Of a stretch of DNA of 36,461 bases, positions 12,127 to 22,837 are shown one piece after another. The notes beneath the pieces are model-generated. The model saw nothing but the letters and a program-made list of their open reading frames with translations. It was not told the origin of the DNA and did no database searches. The stretch spans positions 1-36,461 of the forward strand of contig JAUCBJ010006144.1 in assembly GCA_032718475.1 (NCBI GenBank), written 5' to 3'. How positions within the stretch are numbered: the first letter of the stretch is position 1; every line of letters begins with the position of its first letter. The position numbers and the translations under genes were made by a program. Source of the stretch: Nemertoderma westbladi. Lineage: Eukaryota > Animalia > Xenacoelomorpha.

Positions 12127-12666
12127 CCAGACTGGAATCCATACACTTTGCGCCGGATTAATCCGGCGCACTTTACAATAAAAGCGCGCCAATGTGGCGC
12201 GTGGTGCGCTCGAAAATCGTAAAGTGCGCCGGCTTTGGCGCGTGGCGCGCTCGAAAATCGTAAAGTGCGCCGGCTTTGGCGCGTGGCGCTCCCAAAAATA
12301 AAAACCGGCGCCAATTTGTTGGTTTAACAACTACCTGACTACGGAAGTGCCTTAAAAATTGCAATAGCTGTTAAAAAATTTCGGCTCGCTTCGCTCGCCT
12401 TTCTTTTTTCTGTTGTATGGTTACTGCTGAACAGGGACATGCAGACATGTACAGCTCTACAGCAATACTGACATTGGCAGACTGGTTACACTCCTTCAAA
12501 ATTGAAATTGCATTGGCGCGGCGCTCTTCAAAATTGTTTCAAATGTGCGGCGCGCTTAAAAATTTCGTTGGCGCGGGGTTTGCTTTGAAATTGCATCGGC
12601 GCGTGGCGCGCATAAAAATTGGTTGGCGCGCTATCCGGCGCACTTTTTGGATGGATTCCATACAGG
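12127..12666. mobile_element. CpG-rich 540-bp MITE with 8-bp TSD
   Basis: TACGGGAT at 12119-12126 and 12667-12674. Imperfect TIR CCAGACTGGAATCCAT versus CCTGTATGGAATCCAT, each followed by TGCGCCGGAT. Internal duplication of about 41 bp at about 12204-12285. Confidence 0.8.
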
Positions 12667-13365
12667 TACGGGATGCAGTTTTGATTAAAATACCGATATA
12701 CAGTATGGCAGCATGGGTACACTTGGAGTTGTACTAAAGTCCAATATTGGACTTTGGAGTCCAAAATTGGACTTGAAGTCTAAAATTGGACTTGAAGTCC
12801 AATTTTTGACTTCTCACCAACTGTTCGTTGTTCAAGTGATTTAGTCAGTGTCCAGGTCTCACCCCCATATAAAAATACACTTTCCACTGTGGCTCGAAAG
12901 AACTTAGTCTTCAGGTGCCTGGAGAGATCTGATTTCCAGATGGTATCCATTTTTGATAGAGCTACCCAAGCCTTTGCTTTCCTAACTTCTATGTCCTTAT
13001 CCTATAGCTACTCTCTATCCATGATCCAAGGTACTGGAAGTCAGAAGTCGTCAACTTTCCTTAGTTGATTACTATTAATGGTTGTCAAGTTTCCATCAAC
13101 ATTAAAGGTCATGAATTCGGTCTTTGTAGCATTTATATGCAATCCAATCTCCTTAGCAGCCCTCTCCACTTTATTTAGTATAAGCTGTGCATCTGCTAGC
13201 GTATTAGAGAGCAGGGCGATGTCATCCGCAAAGTCGGTGTTAGTGACTGTAGTTGCCGGATATCTACTACTTCTGTGTTCTTGAAGTGTGAATCCCAGAT
13301 CTTCACCCTTTGTGGCCATCCTCATTGCGTAATCCAGCACAATTACAAATAGTAATGGTGCTAAT

Positions 13366-14010
13366 TAGGGCTCGATCGGAGCTCCTGCCTCCGGCTCCGG
13401 CCATTTTGGCACCTCTGACCTCCGGCTCCTGCTCCGGTAAAAATATTGCCGGAGTTAATTTTTTAATAAAGTTTTATATTTCGAGCATATTCTAATCTGA
13501 ACAATTATTTACAGCTTCAATACAGCAATATCAAGCATAATACTGCAGTATTTACTTAAAGTCAATGACTGACTGACTGTACTGCAGCACTGTACTGGCC
13601 AGCTGGCTGACTAGCAGACTATTACAGATAGGCCCTACTGTAAAAAATTGTAAATGCTATGATTGTACACTGTACCACTGCAGGACTGCAGCCATTTACT
13701 GCTGTCATGCCAGCATACTGTACTGCAGTACTGGTACACGTAGGGTAGGCTACCTACAGTACACACCTCTACCACCTGACCACAGTTAGACAGTTAGTGA
13801 GTTATGTACTGTACTGTAGGTAATTTTTAGCCGTCAGCGTCAGGCTGTCTGTCTGTGATAAATTAATTACTTAAATTTTAAATTGAAAATTCGTAAATCT
13901 ATAAATTATGAAATTAATTAGACCTACAGTATAATTGATTATGAGCGATTGGCGAACGATAACCATACTTTATTTTATTTTTAAATAAATAAATAAAGTT
14001 TTTGAAAAAC
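13366..14010. mobile_element. hAT-type MITE copy 3 (right end missing)
   Basis: Left TIR TAGGGCTCGATCGGAG at 13366. Collinear with 8263 to about 8999. Sits inside the RTE RT motif GVLQ[GDT]LAP. Confidence 0.92.
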
Positions 14011-16606
14011 CCAGTTTTTGCAGTACCCCAGCCAGGATTGAGAAAAACTCAGTTTCACCATCTGGTGAGAGTAGCCTACCTGCGCTTCTGTGTCATAATA
14101 TAACAATCCAATGCCAGCAACAATTACTTCTGGTATTCCATAAGCTCTTAGGATTTCAAGCATTTTACCTCTATGGGTGGAGTCGAATGCCTTCTTGAAG
14201 TCCACAAAAGTCATGACTGCGGGGAGATTCTTTGACTTAATTCCCTCAATCAGTCTCCGTAGTGCAAGTATCTGAGCTATTGTTGATCTACTTAGTCGAA
14301 ACCCGTTTTGGCTCTTATGCAGTAGTTTCTCTATGTGAGGCCTAATCCTATATAGAATCATTTTATTGTATATTTTGGCAGCTACCACAAGCAGACAGAT
14401 CCCACGATAGTTTGTTGGTATACCGAGGTCTCCTTTTTGGGGAGAGGCTTTAGTTGACCTTTAGTCCAAATTGGTGGAGGCTTTTCCCCTTTTAACATCC
14501 GGTTGCAAACATTCAAAAATAGTCTGTTTAGCACTCCTGTTTTCCATACCTCCGCTGGGATTTCATCTAATCTAATTTTCCACTTCCCCACACATTCTTC
14601 GGGACTATCGGCTTTGAGGCGCCCCTTTGCACAACTTTTCCGATCAGATACCTCATTCACAGTTTGCCAGGTAAGTCTTGATTGTTGCTGTATGTGAGCA
14701 GTTGTAATTGCTTCAATTTTATCCTGTATGTACTTTTCCTGGCTGATGTTGTAGGCCAATTTAAGATCATCCTTAGCTTTCTCAACCTTGTTAATGTTTT
14801 CGGTTGTTGGTTGTTCGGTTTTTAATTTGTAGGCTATCTTAAGATCTTCTCTCTTACAAGTAACCTCAGAGTTTTGCCATGGCACATACTGTTTTCGTTT
14901 GGGTTTCTCGGGGATATGCCTCTTAGCTGATTCCTTGTGGGCTTTTATTATATTCTGGTATATTGAATCGGTGGACTGGTCTTCATCCATTGACTGAAGT
15001 GCTTCAAAGCGGTTTTGAACTTCTACTGTGTAAGCCTCCTTTACTGTCTTGTCAGTTCTGAGTTTCTCCCAGTCATAGTTGATTTGCTTGCTTGTCTGTT
15101 GTCCTGGGTTTGCTGGCTCTCAAACTGAGTCTGATCTCTGCAGTCACAATTCTGTGGTCCGAACCAATTAGGTTGATCGAGCTGTATGCCTCGCAGTTGA
15201 TCATGCTGTTTCTCCATTTTTTGTTTATAGGGATGTAATCCAGTTGTGCTTTGGTTCCATTAGGGTATTGAAAGGTCCATAGCTTCCCCTTACTCTTTTA
15301 GAATGTGGTGTTTGTTGGTATCAATTCACATTCTTCCATTAGGTCTAAAAGTAAGTACCCATTTCTATTAGAACTGGTGTTATATGTTATATGTATATTA
15401 TTTTATGTATATGTATATATTATATGTATTCTGGACCAATTTGAGCATTCAGGTCACCAGCAATGACTTTAACATTGTGTTTCGATATGTCCTTTATAAG
15501 TCCAGTCAGATCTTCATAAAACTTGAATGCTTGTTCTGGCTCTGAAGCATTGGTTGGACTGTAGCAACATATTACTGTTGTCTTGGGATTCCCCTCAAAT
15601 GTTGCTATCATAACCCTGGAATTTATAGATTCGATGTTGTTTAGGGTCTTAAGTGCAAATGGACTTAGCAGAATTCCTACTCCTCCAATTGAAGCATTGG
15701 CCGAGTTTCTTACTGCTGATCTTGTTACTAACGTCCATCCGTTTCCAATGTCATTGTACTTCATGGCATTGTCTACATGACAAATCCGATGTTCTTGGAT
15801 GCAGATGATGTCGATGTTATATTCCATTGCTAGAGCGACCATGTCACCCTGTTTGTTATGTGCTTCCAGCGTGCGTGCGTTCATTGTAGCAATCTTTAGT
15901 GTCTTTTTACATTTCAGCAGGTTGGTTCTTCTTTCTTCTCTGTCTTCTGTTCCAGTAGCCGATTTATCGATCCCAGCCTGGTGCACCACTGAGGGACGCG
16001 GTCCTTGTTGACCCGGTCCTTGTTGACCCGGGCGACGACTGAGCCGGTATTTCTCCTGGAGGGTTCTCATGCTCATATCTTTCAGTAGCGGGAGTAAACC
16101 GCTTGTGGTCGCAACTCCTACAAGCGTCTTCGCGGTAGGTCGCCGTTCCATGATTACCTTCCGCCTATCCATCCATGCCTACAGCCCTGCTGCCGACTGT
16201 AGGGGTCGTTTTGTTACACCTTGAACCAAGTGTGCCTCCTGGGTTAGGTTACCTAACACTGGTAGAGGAGCATCCAGTATAGACAGAGCGGGGCGTGTAT
16301 CATCTCTATTGCAGATGCGTACTCAAGCCTTTGCCTTCAATGGTGCCCTAGGCAGCTAGGCGCTATAGCCCTCAAACTCTTGATCAACTAAATAATTAAT
16401 AGGCTAAGTGCTTATCGGGCCTGCCCTACGTACAGATAGTACAGTACCACATTACTGCCATAGTGGTAGCAGGATCTGGGGACCTGACCTGACCTGACTA
16501 ATCATGATAATGGATAATGATACTTATTAATATATTACATTTAAAATATTTATTGTTTGTTGGGGTGTTGTTTGTTATGCTAAAGGGAAGGCAGGAAAGT
16601 GTATCC

Positions 16607-17304
16607 GCCCATGTGAAGTATTCCAGGATTTCACTTTTCGGTCGACTTTTATTAGATTTTTATATATGAAGATTTTTTATTTTTTTAAATTTTTCTTTAT
16701 GAATAGTAAACGACCGGGTCGAACATTTTGCCGGTTACGTGTCCGGGTCTGTCTCAAAAAGGCAGGGTCCGGGTCCGGGTCCACACTTGTGATATCAAAA
16801 ATGATACAAATAAAAAAAAATCGAAAAAAAATTATAAATCAAAAGAAAAAAAATGAAAAAAAAATCGCAAATGATATAAAATGTAAGAAGATGCTACTAC
16901 TGCCTGACTACCTACAGGCTACAGCTTTAACAATTTAAGGCAAATTTGTGTACTGGTACCTACGTATATAGGTATGTCAAACAGGCTTGTCATTCTCATT
17001 CACGCAAATTGGTTCATTTTAATAAAACCCGGTACCCGGCCACTTATTTGCCGGGTCCGGGTCCGGGTCACCCAAATTACTATTTGTGTTACTATTAGTT
17101 ACTATTTGTGAAGTGTTTTTGTTTTATAGCGCTTATTTTCTGTCTTATAACCTGTACATATACTAATTCGTTTACCGGTATTGTTTTGGTTAAATTCAGC
17201 CCTCCTGTAACCTGTGTTTTTGGTGAAAACCTGGTATTCATCACATGAGGGTAACTGCAAAGTGAAATATAACGGCAGAAAATCTGGTATTCTTCACATG
17301 GGCC
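16607..17304. mobile_element. Possible MITE or composite bounded by inverted GCCCATGTGAAG(T/A)AT(T/A)CCAG motifs
   Basis: GCCCATGTGAAGTATTCCAG at 16607 and CTGGTATTCTTCACATGGGCC at 17284-17304. Internal CCGGGT repeat clusters at about 16714-16782 and 17027-17070. No TSD seen. Confidence 0.4.
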
Positions 17305-17391
17305 GGGGTGGGGTGTCTCTATACTGTGTAGGCCTATATGGCCCATGTGAAGAATACCAGACTTTCTGCCGTTATATTTCACTTTGCAGTT
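17253..17391. repeat. 52-bp inverted repeat with 35-bp spacer upstream of TDG
   Basis: 17253-17304 matches the reverse complement of 17340-17391 at 51 of 52 positions. Confidence 0.92.
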
Positions 17392-17672
17392 GTGTATTTG
17401 CATACACTGATTCCAAATACTGTACGTTGGTGTTTTATTCTGAGTAGGCCTAACCGTTTTGGATTTATTGGCCTTTTTAAATTCGAAACATAGGTACTGT
17501 ATTCGTTTCGTACCTTGTTCATATAAGTATACACTAATAGCATAAACCACAACACTAAGCTGCTAAGGTGGAACAAGTGTCAGATACAGTCAGATCAGAT
17601 AAGGATAGACGTTTTAGCCATCCTACACCAATAGGCCTACATATATATATATTTATAAATAATAAATAAATA

Positions 17673-20600
17673 ATGAGTAACACTAAAGATTTCAGTTCTA
17701 TATTCATCAAACAGGAGCCAAATCGGGACATGTCTTATCAAAACAACCCCATTGCGGAAAATTACAAAGAGCGTTCTCTACCGGTACTCAACCATGACTC
17801 TGTTGCTTCTGGCACCGGTACGTCTTATTCTAGTTACCTGGACGACCGCGCTAGTATATTCCAGGGTTCTCCTCTCGCTTATCGAACTTCATACTCTGTA
17901 GCTGAGATCGAAAACTTTGTCTACGCTGACTCACCTGTGGGGACCCCAGTCCCCCAGACTGCGGCCGAGCAGCAGTCTACACCTCTACCTCCCGTCTCAA
18001 CATTTATTCGCCAGGATTCTCTCCTGCTACCTCCTCCTCAGCCTCCTCCACCTATCTTCCCCAACTCTCACGACCTACAACAGCCCAATGCCGATCCATC
18101 GCTGTCTCTTCCATCCATCTCAATGGCTTTCAGTTGTCCGCCGTCGTTTCTCCAGTCAACTTTCACTCAGAGTTCCCCATATTTCAACCCGACGTCCCTG
18201 GGCATTCCATCCAGTTTGGGGTTCCAACTAGTTAGTATTCGCCCCCCTGGCAACCCCACCCCTAACTCCAGCCTGTCTTCTTCCACCCCCTTCCAGATCG
18301 TCCAACTCCCACCCCCCCTGGGTGGGGTTGGATCCATCCCGCAGTTCCAGCACCAGTTGCTAGGAGTTCCCCAGCAACAGGCGCAACCGATTGTAATTAA
18401 TCTACCAGAACTCTTCAATCAAGAAACAGTTGAAATCACTACGACATCGGCAGCTGTTATTACTGAAACCACCAAACCGATAGTGACGGAAAAATCCCCC
18501 TCAGCCGTAACCACAGGAACGAAACGCAAAAATAAAACTACCGATCCGCCAGCCAGCCCTTCGGCGAATGGTGGGAAAACCGAGAAAATTCGAAAGAAAA
18601 TCGATAGGTTCCACGGGATGAGCGACGAAGAGATCATGCAGCGGATTCTCCCAGACCATCTCGCACCCAACCTCCACATCCTTGTCGTCGGGATCAATCC
18701 GGGCCTCTTTGCCGCATACAAGGGACACCACTACGCGGGGCCGGGCAACCACTTCTGGAAGTGCATGCACCTCTCGGGGATTACCCCGGAACGGCAGTGG
18801 ACCGCTTACGAGGATTACACCCTCCCGGATATCCGCATTGGTCTCACCAACATGGTGGAACGAACGACTCGCGGCAGCGCCGATCTCACCCGTAAAGAGA
18901 TCCGGGAGGGCTGCAAGGCGCTGATAACTAAGTGTCTGCGTTGCCGACCTCACATCGCCGCATTCAATGGAAAATGCATCTATGAGATATTCTGCGCTGC
19001 AGTTTATGGGAAGTTCGAGAAGAGTTTCCAGTTTGGACGGCAGCCTTATCTGATCCCTGGAACACAGTCCGCGGTCTACGTGATGCCCTCGAGCAGCGCT
19101 CGGTGCTCCCAGTTCCCCCGCGCCCAGGACAAGGTGCCCTACTACGAGGACCTCAAGGCCCTGCGGGACGACCTGGTCGCTGGTCGGTTGACCCCAGCTA
19201 CCTACGTCGCCGATGTCCGCAAGGCTATGGGACTACCGGGCGACGCACCGGACCGCCCGGTTGTGGATCCATCACTCATGCCGGATCCCTCCACCATCGA
19301 AGTGATGACTGAACGGACGAAATTCGAGCCCATAGAGATGAAACCACCCCCGGGCTCCATGAATCCACCCCCGGGCTCCATCAAACCGCCCCCGAATCAA
19401 CGAGTCATTAAGACAGAGCCCCCAGTGGACCGCGACTATCTCGCCAGTCAACCCATGCTCTCCTCGGTGAAGTCGGAGCCGCGCATGGATGCGGGGTACC
19501 TCTCACGGGTGGGTGGTGCGTACAATGGCTTCCCGGAGGCCGATAAACCCCCTATCGCTACTGGTCCCATTGCTACCCGCACCGTGGTACAACCCAAACT
19601 CGAGCGATTCGCACCGCTCACTGTCACCACGGAAGCCACGCCACCATTCTCCGTCGACGCGATGTTGGTAACTCCGCCTGGAGTCGACCAAAAGTCCAAC
19701 GGTTCGGACGATTCCAAGTTCGGATTCAGTGCGGGTGCGGAGTCGGGATTGGATGCTCATTTAGGGATCCCTGGGGATTCTGGGTCGGGATTGGATGATC
19801 ATTTTGGGATCCCTGTGGATTCCAAGTCGGGATTGGGTGCCCATTTAGGGATCCCTAGTTGTTCCGGGTCGGGATTTGATGCTCATTTAGGGATCCCTGG
19901 GGATTCTGGCTTGGGATGTAGTTTGGTTAACAAGTCGACGCCAGTGTTGGATCGGTCAGGTAATGTTGTGAGTCCTTACTTTTCTGTTTCGCGTTCAACG
20001 TCGCAATCAACCTGGCCAACTGGGACAACTCTGTCTGCGTCGTTTACTCAGCCGTTGATGCGTCAGGACTGGTTGACGACCTCGGTGTCTGGCTTCCCTC
20101 CCCCGAGAGCCTCGCCCTCCGGTCAACCGATAACCGAATTATCCACCGATCCATTCCTCTGCCCCGTCGTTCCAACCGGATCCTTACTCAGCCCCAACGA
20201 CCCTGCAGCCTTCCTACCAACCCCCAACGTTATCCCAAGATTCACTGTGTCGGCCGTCCGTGCTGCTCCTCTAACCCCGATGCCGCGGCCAACCCATGGT
20301 GCGCCGAAATCTGTTGGTATTCCTGCACCCCCCAGTGCACCTCCGCTTCCCAAAATTGTCGTACCCGCATCTCTGTCCGTAAATCCACCCCTAGTTATAC
20401 CTCCAACCACCCTCAGTGAACACGCACAAGCACCATCAGGGCCATCAAGCACCATCACTGCTGGTGTATCTGCAATGGTTGGGGCGCCGACTACTGTGGG
20501 GGCAGCTGCTCCCCCTGTAGTTGTGCCTTCGCTTCCTGGCCTATCGACGCTCCAGGTACCCCCCCTCCACGGGGTCTCTCCATTACACGTCGGCCTACCC

Positions 20601-21842
20601 GGCCACTTTGTTTTGGGTCTGAATGTCCCCAACAACCACGTAGCACCCGGCCCCATTGCACCAACTCACCCTCCGTCTAGCCACTGCGTCTCAGTCTCTG
20701 CTAGTAACTCGGCGGCTCTATACTCCGCATTAAACCGGCCCCCAGTGCCGCCCCCCAACTCAGTCAGTCTGTGTGGCTTCAACCCCGTTTGTAGCGTATC
20801 CAACCCGTCTTTACCCCAGGCTGTCCCAACCAACATCGGGTCCACCCACTTTGCGGTGAACCACTCGCGCCCCCCACCCCACACCACAAACAACTTCACG
20901 GCCCCACAACTGAAACTCTATCCCTCCGGTTCTATGGGATCTGCGGCCAATCAGAGCGACGCAAACCTCCCCGCTTTAGTCGATACCAGTTGCACTGCGG
21001 GTCTACCCAACGTCAATAGCAACGTGTTCCCTGTCGTCTTAGCGACGTCCAATAGGGAGTCACCCACCAACAAACCGAATAAATCGCGAAAAAGGTCTAA
21101 TAAAGCGGTTGTTACGCTGACGGCACCTACTGACTTGGCCTCCTGTAACTACCACTTTGTGTTTGCCTCTGGTAGCGGCGTCGGCAACATCCAGACACCG
21201 AGTCTGGTCGCGGTGACAGCCACAGGGAGCGTCACCAGCGGTGCAGTCCCCAATGCTGGGGTCCCCGGCAACACCCAGACACCGAGTCTGGTCGCGGTGA
21301 CAGCCACAGGGAGCGTCACCAGCGGTGCAGTCCCCATTACTGGGGTCCCCGGCAACACCCAGACACCGAGTCTGGTCGCGGTGACAGCCACAGGGAGCGT
21401 CACCAGCGGTGCAGTCCCCAATGCTGGGGTCCCCGGCAACACCCAGACACCGAGTCTGGTCGCGGTGACAGCCACAGGGAGCGTCACCAGCGGTGCAGTC
21501 CCCAATGCTGGGGTCCCCGGCAACACCCAGACACGGAGTCTGGTCGCGGTAACAGCCACGGTGAGCGCCACCAGCGGTGCAGTCCCCAATGCTGGGGTCC
21601 CCGGCAACACCCAGACACCGAGTCTGGTCGCGGTGACAGCCACGGTGAGCGCCACCAGCGGTGCAGTCCCCATTACTGGGGTCCCCTCCGCGGCGACCAG
21701 TGCCACCGAGGTACTCACACCGGTTCCTCTGTCTACCCCCAGTATATATACAGCCAACGCGACGCCACCAACCTCTACTTACTCCCTCCCTCCTGGCCAA
21801 CAGCATTTTATTGATCAAAATGGGTCACGAAGTGATCAATAG
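17673..21842 (+). CDS. TDG: G/T mismatch-specific thymine-DNA glycosylase (UDG family 2, TDG/Thd1-like), 1389 aa, single uninterrupted ORF
   Basis: Catalytic domain at about 18589-19180: [80 protein letters not shown]. The equivalents of human N140 (N342) and R275 (R477) are intact. The start is uncertain: Met1, Met20 (17730), or a splice acceptor at 17713-17714. Confidence 0.95.
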   Translation: MSNTKDFSSIFIKQEPNRDMSYQNNPIAENYKERSLPVLNHDSVASGTGTSYSSYLDDRASIFQGSPLAYRTSYSVAEIENFVYADSPVGTPVPQTAAEQQSTPLPPVSTFIRQDSLLLPPPQPPPPIFPNSHDLQQPNADPSLSLPSISMAFSCPPSFLQSTFTQSSPYFNPTSLGIPSSLGFQLVSIRPPGNPTPNSSLSSSTPFQIVQLPPPLGGVGSIPQFQHQLLGVPQQQAQPIVINLPELFNQETVEITTTSAAVITETTKPIVTEKSPSAVTTGTKRKNKTTDPPASPSANGGKTEKIRKKIDRFHGMSDEEIMQRILPDHLAPNLHILVVGINPGLFAAYKGHHYAGPGNHFWKCMHLSGITPERQWTAYEDYTLPDIRIGLTNMVERTTRGSADLTRKEIREGCKALITKCLRCRPHIAAFNGKCIYEIFCAAVYGKFEKSFQFGRQPYLIPGTQSAVYVMPSSSARCSQFPRAQDKVPYYEDLKALRDDLVAGRLTPATYVADVRKAMGLPGDAPDRPVVDPSLMPDPSTIEVMTERTKFEPIEMKPPPGSMNPPPGSIKPPPNQRVIKTEPPVDRDYLASQPMLSSVKSEPRMDAGYLSRVGGAYNGFPEADKPPIATGPIATRTVVQPKLERFAPLTVTTEATPPFSVDAMLVTPPGVDQKSNGSDDSKFGFSAGAESGLDAHLGIPGDSGSGLDDHFGIPVDSKSGLGAHLGIPSCSGSGFDAHLGIPGDSGLGCSLVNKSTPVLDRSGNVVSPYFSVSRSTSQSTWPTGTTLSASFTQPLMRQDWLTTSVSGFPPPRASPSGQPITELSTDPFLCPVVPTGSLLSPNDPAAFLPTPNVIPRFTVSAVRAAPLTPMPRPTHGAPKSVGIPAPPSAPPLPKIVVPASLSVNPPLVIPPTTLSEHAQAPSGPSSTITAGVSAMVGAPTTVGAAAPPVVVPSLPGLSTLQVPPLHGVSPLHVGLPGHFVLGLNVPNNHVAPGPIAPTHPPSSHCVSVSASNSAALYSALNRPPVPPPNSVSLCGFNPVCSVSNPSLPQAVPTNIGSTHFAVNHSRPPPHTTNNFTAPQLKLYPSGSMGSAANQSDANLPALVDTSCTAGLPNVNSNVFPVVLATSNRESPTNKPNKSRKRSNKAVVTLTAPTDLASCNYHFVFASGSGVGNIQTPSLVAVTATGSVTSGAVPNAGVPGNTQTPSLVAVTATGSVTSGAVPITGVPGNTQTPSLVAVTATGSVTSGAVPNAGVPGNTQTPSLVAVTATGSVTSGAVPNAGVPGNTQTRSLVAVTATVSATSGAVPNAGVPGNTQTPSLVAVTATVSATSGAVPITGVPSAATSATEVLTPVPLSTPSIYTANATPPTSTYSLPPGQQHFIDQNGSRSDQ
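19743..19910 (+). repeat. Coding tandem repeat, 4 x 42 bp ([14 protein letters not shown])
   Basis: Units start at 19743, 19785, 19827 and 19869, each beginning TCGGGATT. Confidence 0.9.
21183..21686 (+). repeat. Coding tandem repeat, 6 x 84 bp ([28 protein letters not shown])
   Basis: Near-identical units start at 21183, 21267, 21351, 21435, 21519 and 21603. Confidence 0.95.
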
Positions 21843-22837
21843 GAACTATACAACATGTGACCCACCCAACATATACAGGTTGGCCTGAAGATGTACTACA
21901 TATCTTGTGGCAATATATTATTATATTCTGGAATGTCACTCTAAAACGGTTTTGTGTTTAAAGGTGATTTTAGAACAAATTTAATTTAATACCCGAACTA
22001 TTTTTACCTAAAAGTGCTCAGGGTAGCTCCTCGGGATTAATTTAAGTAAAGGTCACATGTGCAGTGTCGCAGTGTCGCAGCAATTTAGGACTACAATTGG
22101 ATCGGAATGGCAATTTAAATAGTTCGATAACTTATTTTATATTTATCGGTTGGATATTGGCCGCCCTGCGTACCAACTACCAACTCTTATTGCTTTAAAT
22201 ATTTTATGTTAGAGATCATGGATGATTATTAACTATTTTTATTTATTATTATATCGCGACTGCGATTAGTTTCGGGTCTCGTCGTGACTTTGTTTTCGGA
22301 CTTACGGGGGTTTTTTACTTCCCATGTCAATAAGGTGCTGTTTTCGGCAGTTTTTTTTGTTTTAATGTATATTAATTATGGTAGATTTCGTAAAGATTAA
22401 TTAATGTGTTTTTTCTTCTATATACTTTGTATATTGTTTAAATGATTGTGTTTTTATTTATATTTCGCATTACCTTTTACTGCAGCCGTGTGGTTAATTT
22501 TTTTATTTCTATAAACAGTTTAGGCCTAACTCGTTTATTATATATTTGATATTATTTAACACGTCACACCTTACAGTGGCAACATAGTATTATTATTCAG
22601 TTTGGGAATTGAAGACGCGTTTTTGAATATATTAAACGATTTTAAATAATATGCTAAAGTTGTTGCGACTTAGTCGCTTTATGTTGTTGTTCATTTGATA
22701 TTCCGTTGCAATTATTTTATCTTTTTTTGCTGATGTTTTGATAGACAAAATTATTGTTTTCAGTTCTGCGGTTTGCATGAGGATTTATATTAGATTTATG
22801 TTTAATTAGTAATATTTACTTTGTATAATAGTTTATG

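Larger units (their letters stand above)
10023..12823. mobile_element. Non-autonomous TIR DNA element with CAG termini and 5-bp TSD (hAT5-like by inference)
   Basis: TIR CAGT(C/T)GGTGAGAAGTCAAAAATTGGACTT matches at 28 of 29 positions. TTCGT flanks both ends (10018-10022 and 12824-12828). The empty site is visible at 24051-24080. Confidence 0.9.
10004..16370 (-). mobile_element. Near full-length RTE-like LINE family B (APE endonuclease + RT), inactivated and interrupted by nested insertions
   Basis: APE motifs ATMNAR, IQEH, GGVGILL, YSPT, GDLNA and GSDH (ORF 15420-16172 and beyond). RT motifs QNGFR, FVDFKKAFDS, GVLQ and DFADD (ORFs 13981-14388, 13041-13340). Continues at 12824-13365 and 10004-10022. 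The 5' boundary is approximate. Confidence 0.9.

Noticed and set aside
16173-16380. HDV-like ribozyme in the RTE 5' UTR
   Set aside because: Such ribozymes are known in some RTE elements and a TCCTC is present, but I could not build the P1/P3/P1.1/P2 pairings by eye. An Infernal or RNArobo search would settle it.
17095-17576. ORFs sharing CKVKYNGRKSGILHMG on both strands
   Set aside because: An artefact of the 52-bp inverted repeat.
17917-21888. Overlapping and antisense ORFs within TDG
   Set aside because: Expected shadows of a GC-rich, repetitive CDS, with no recognisable domains.
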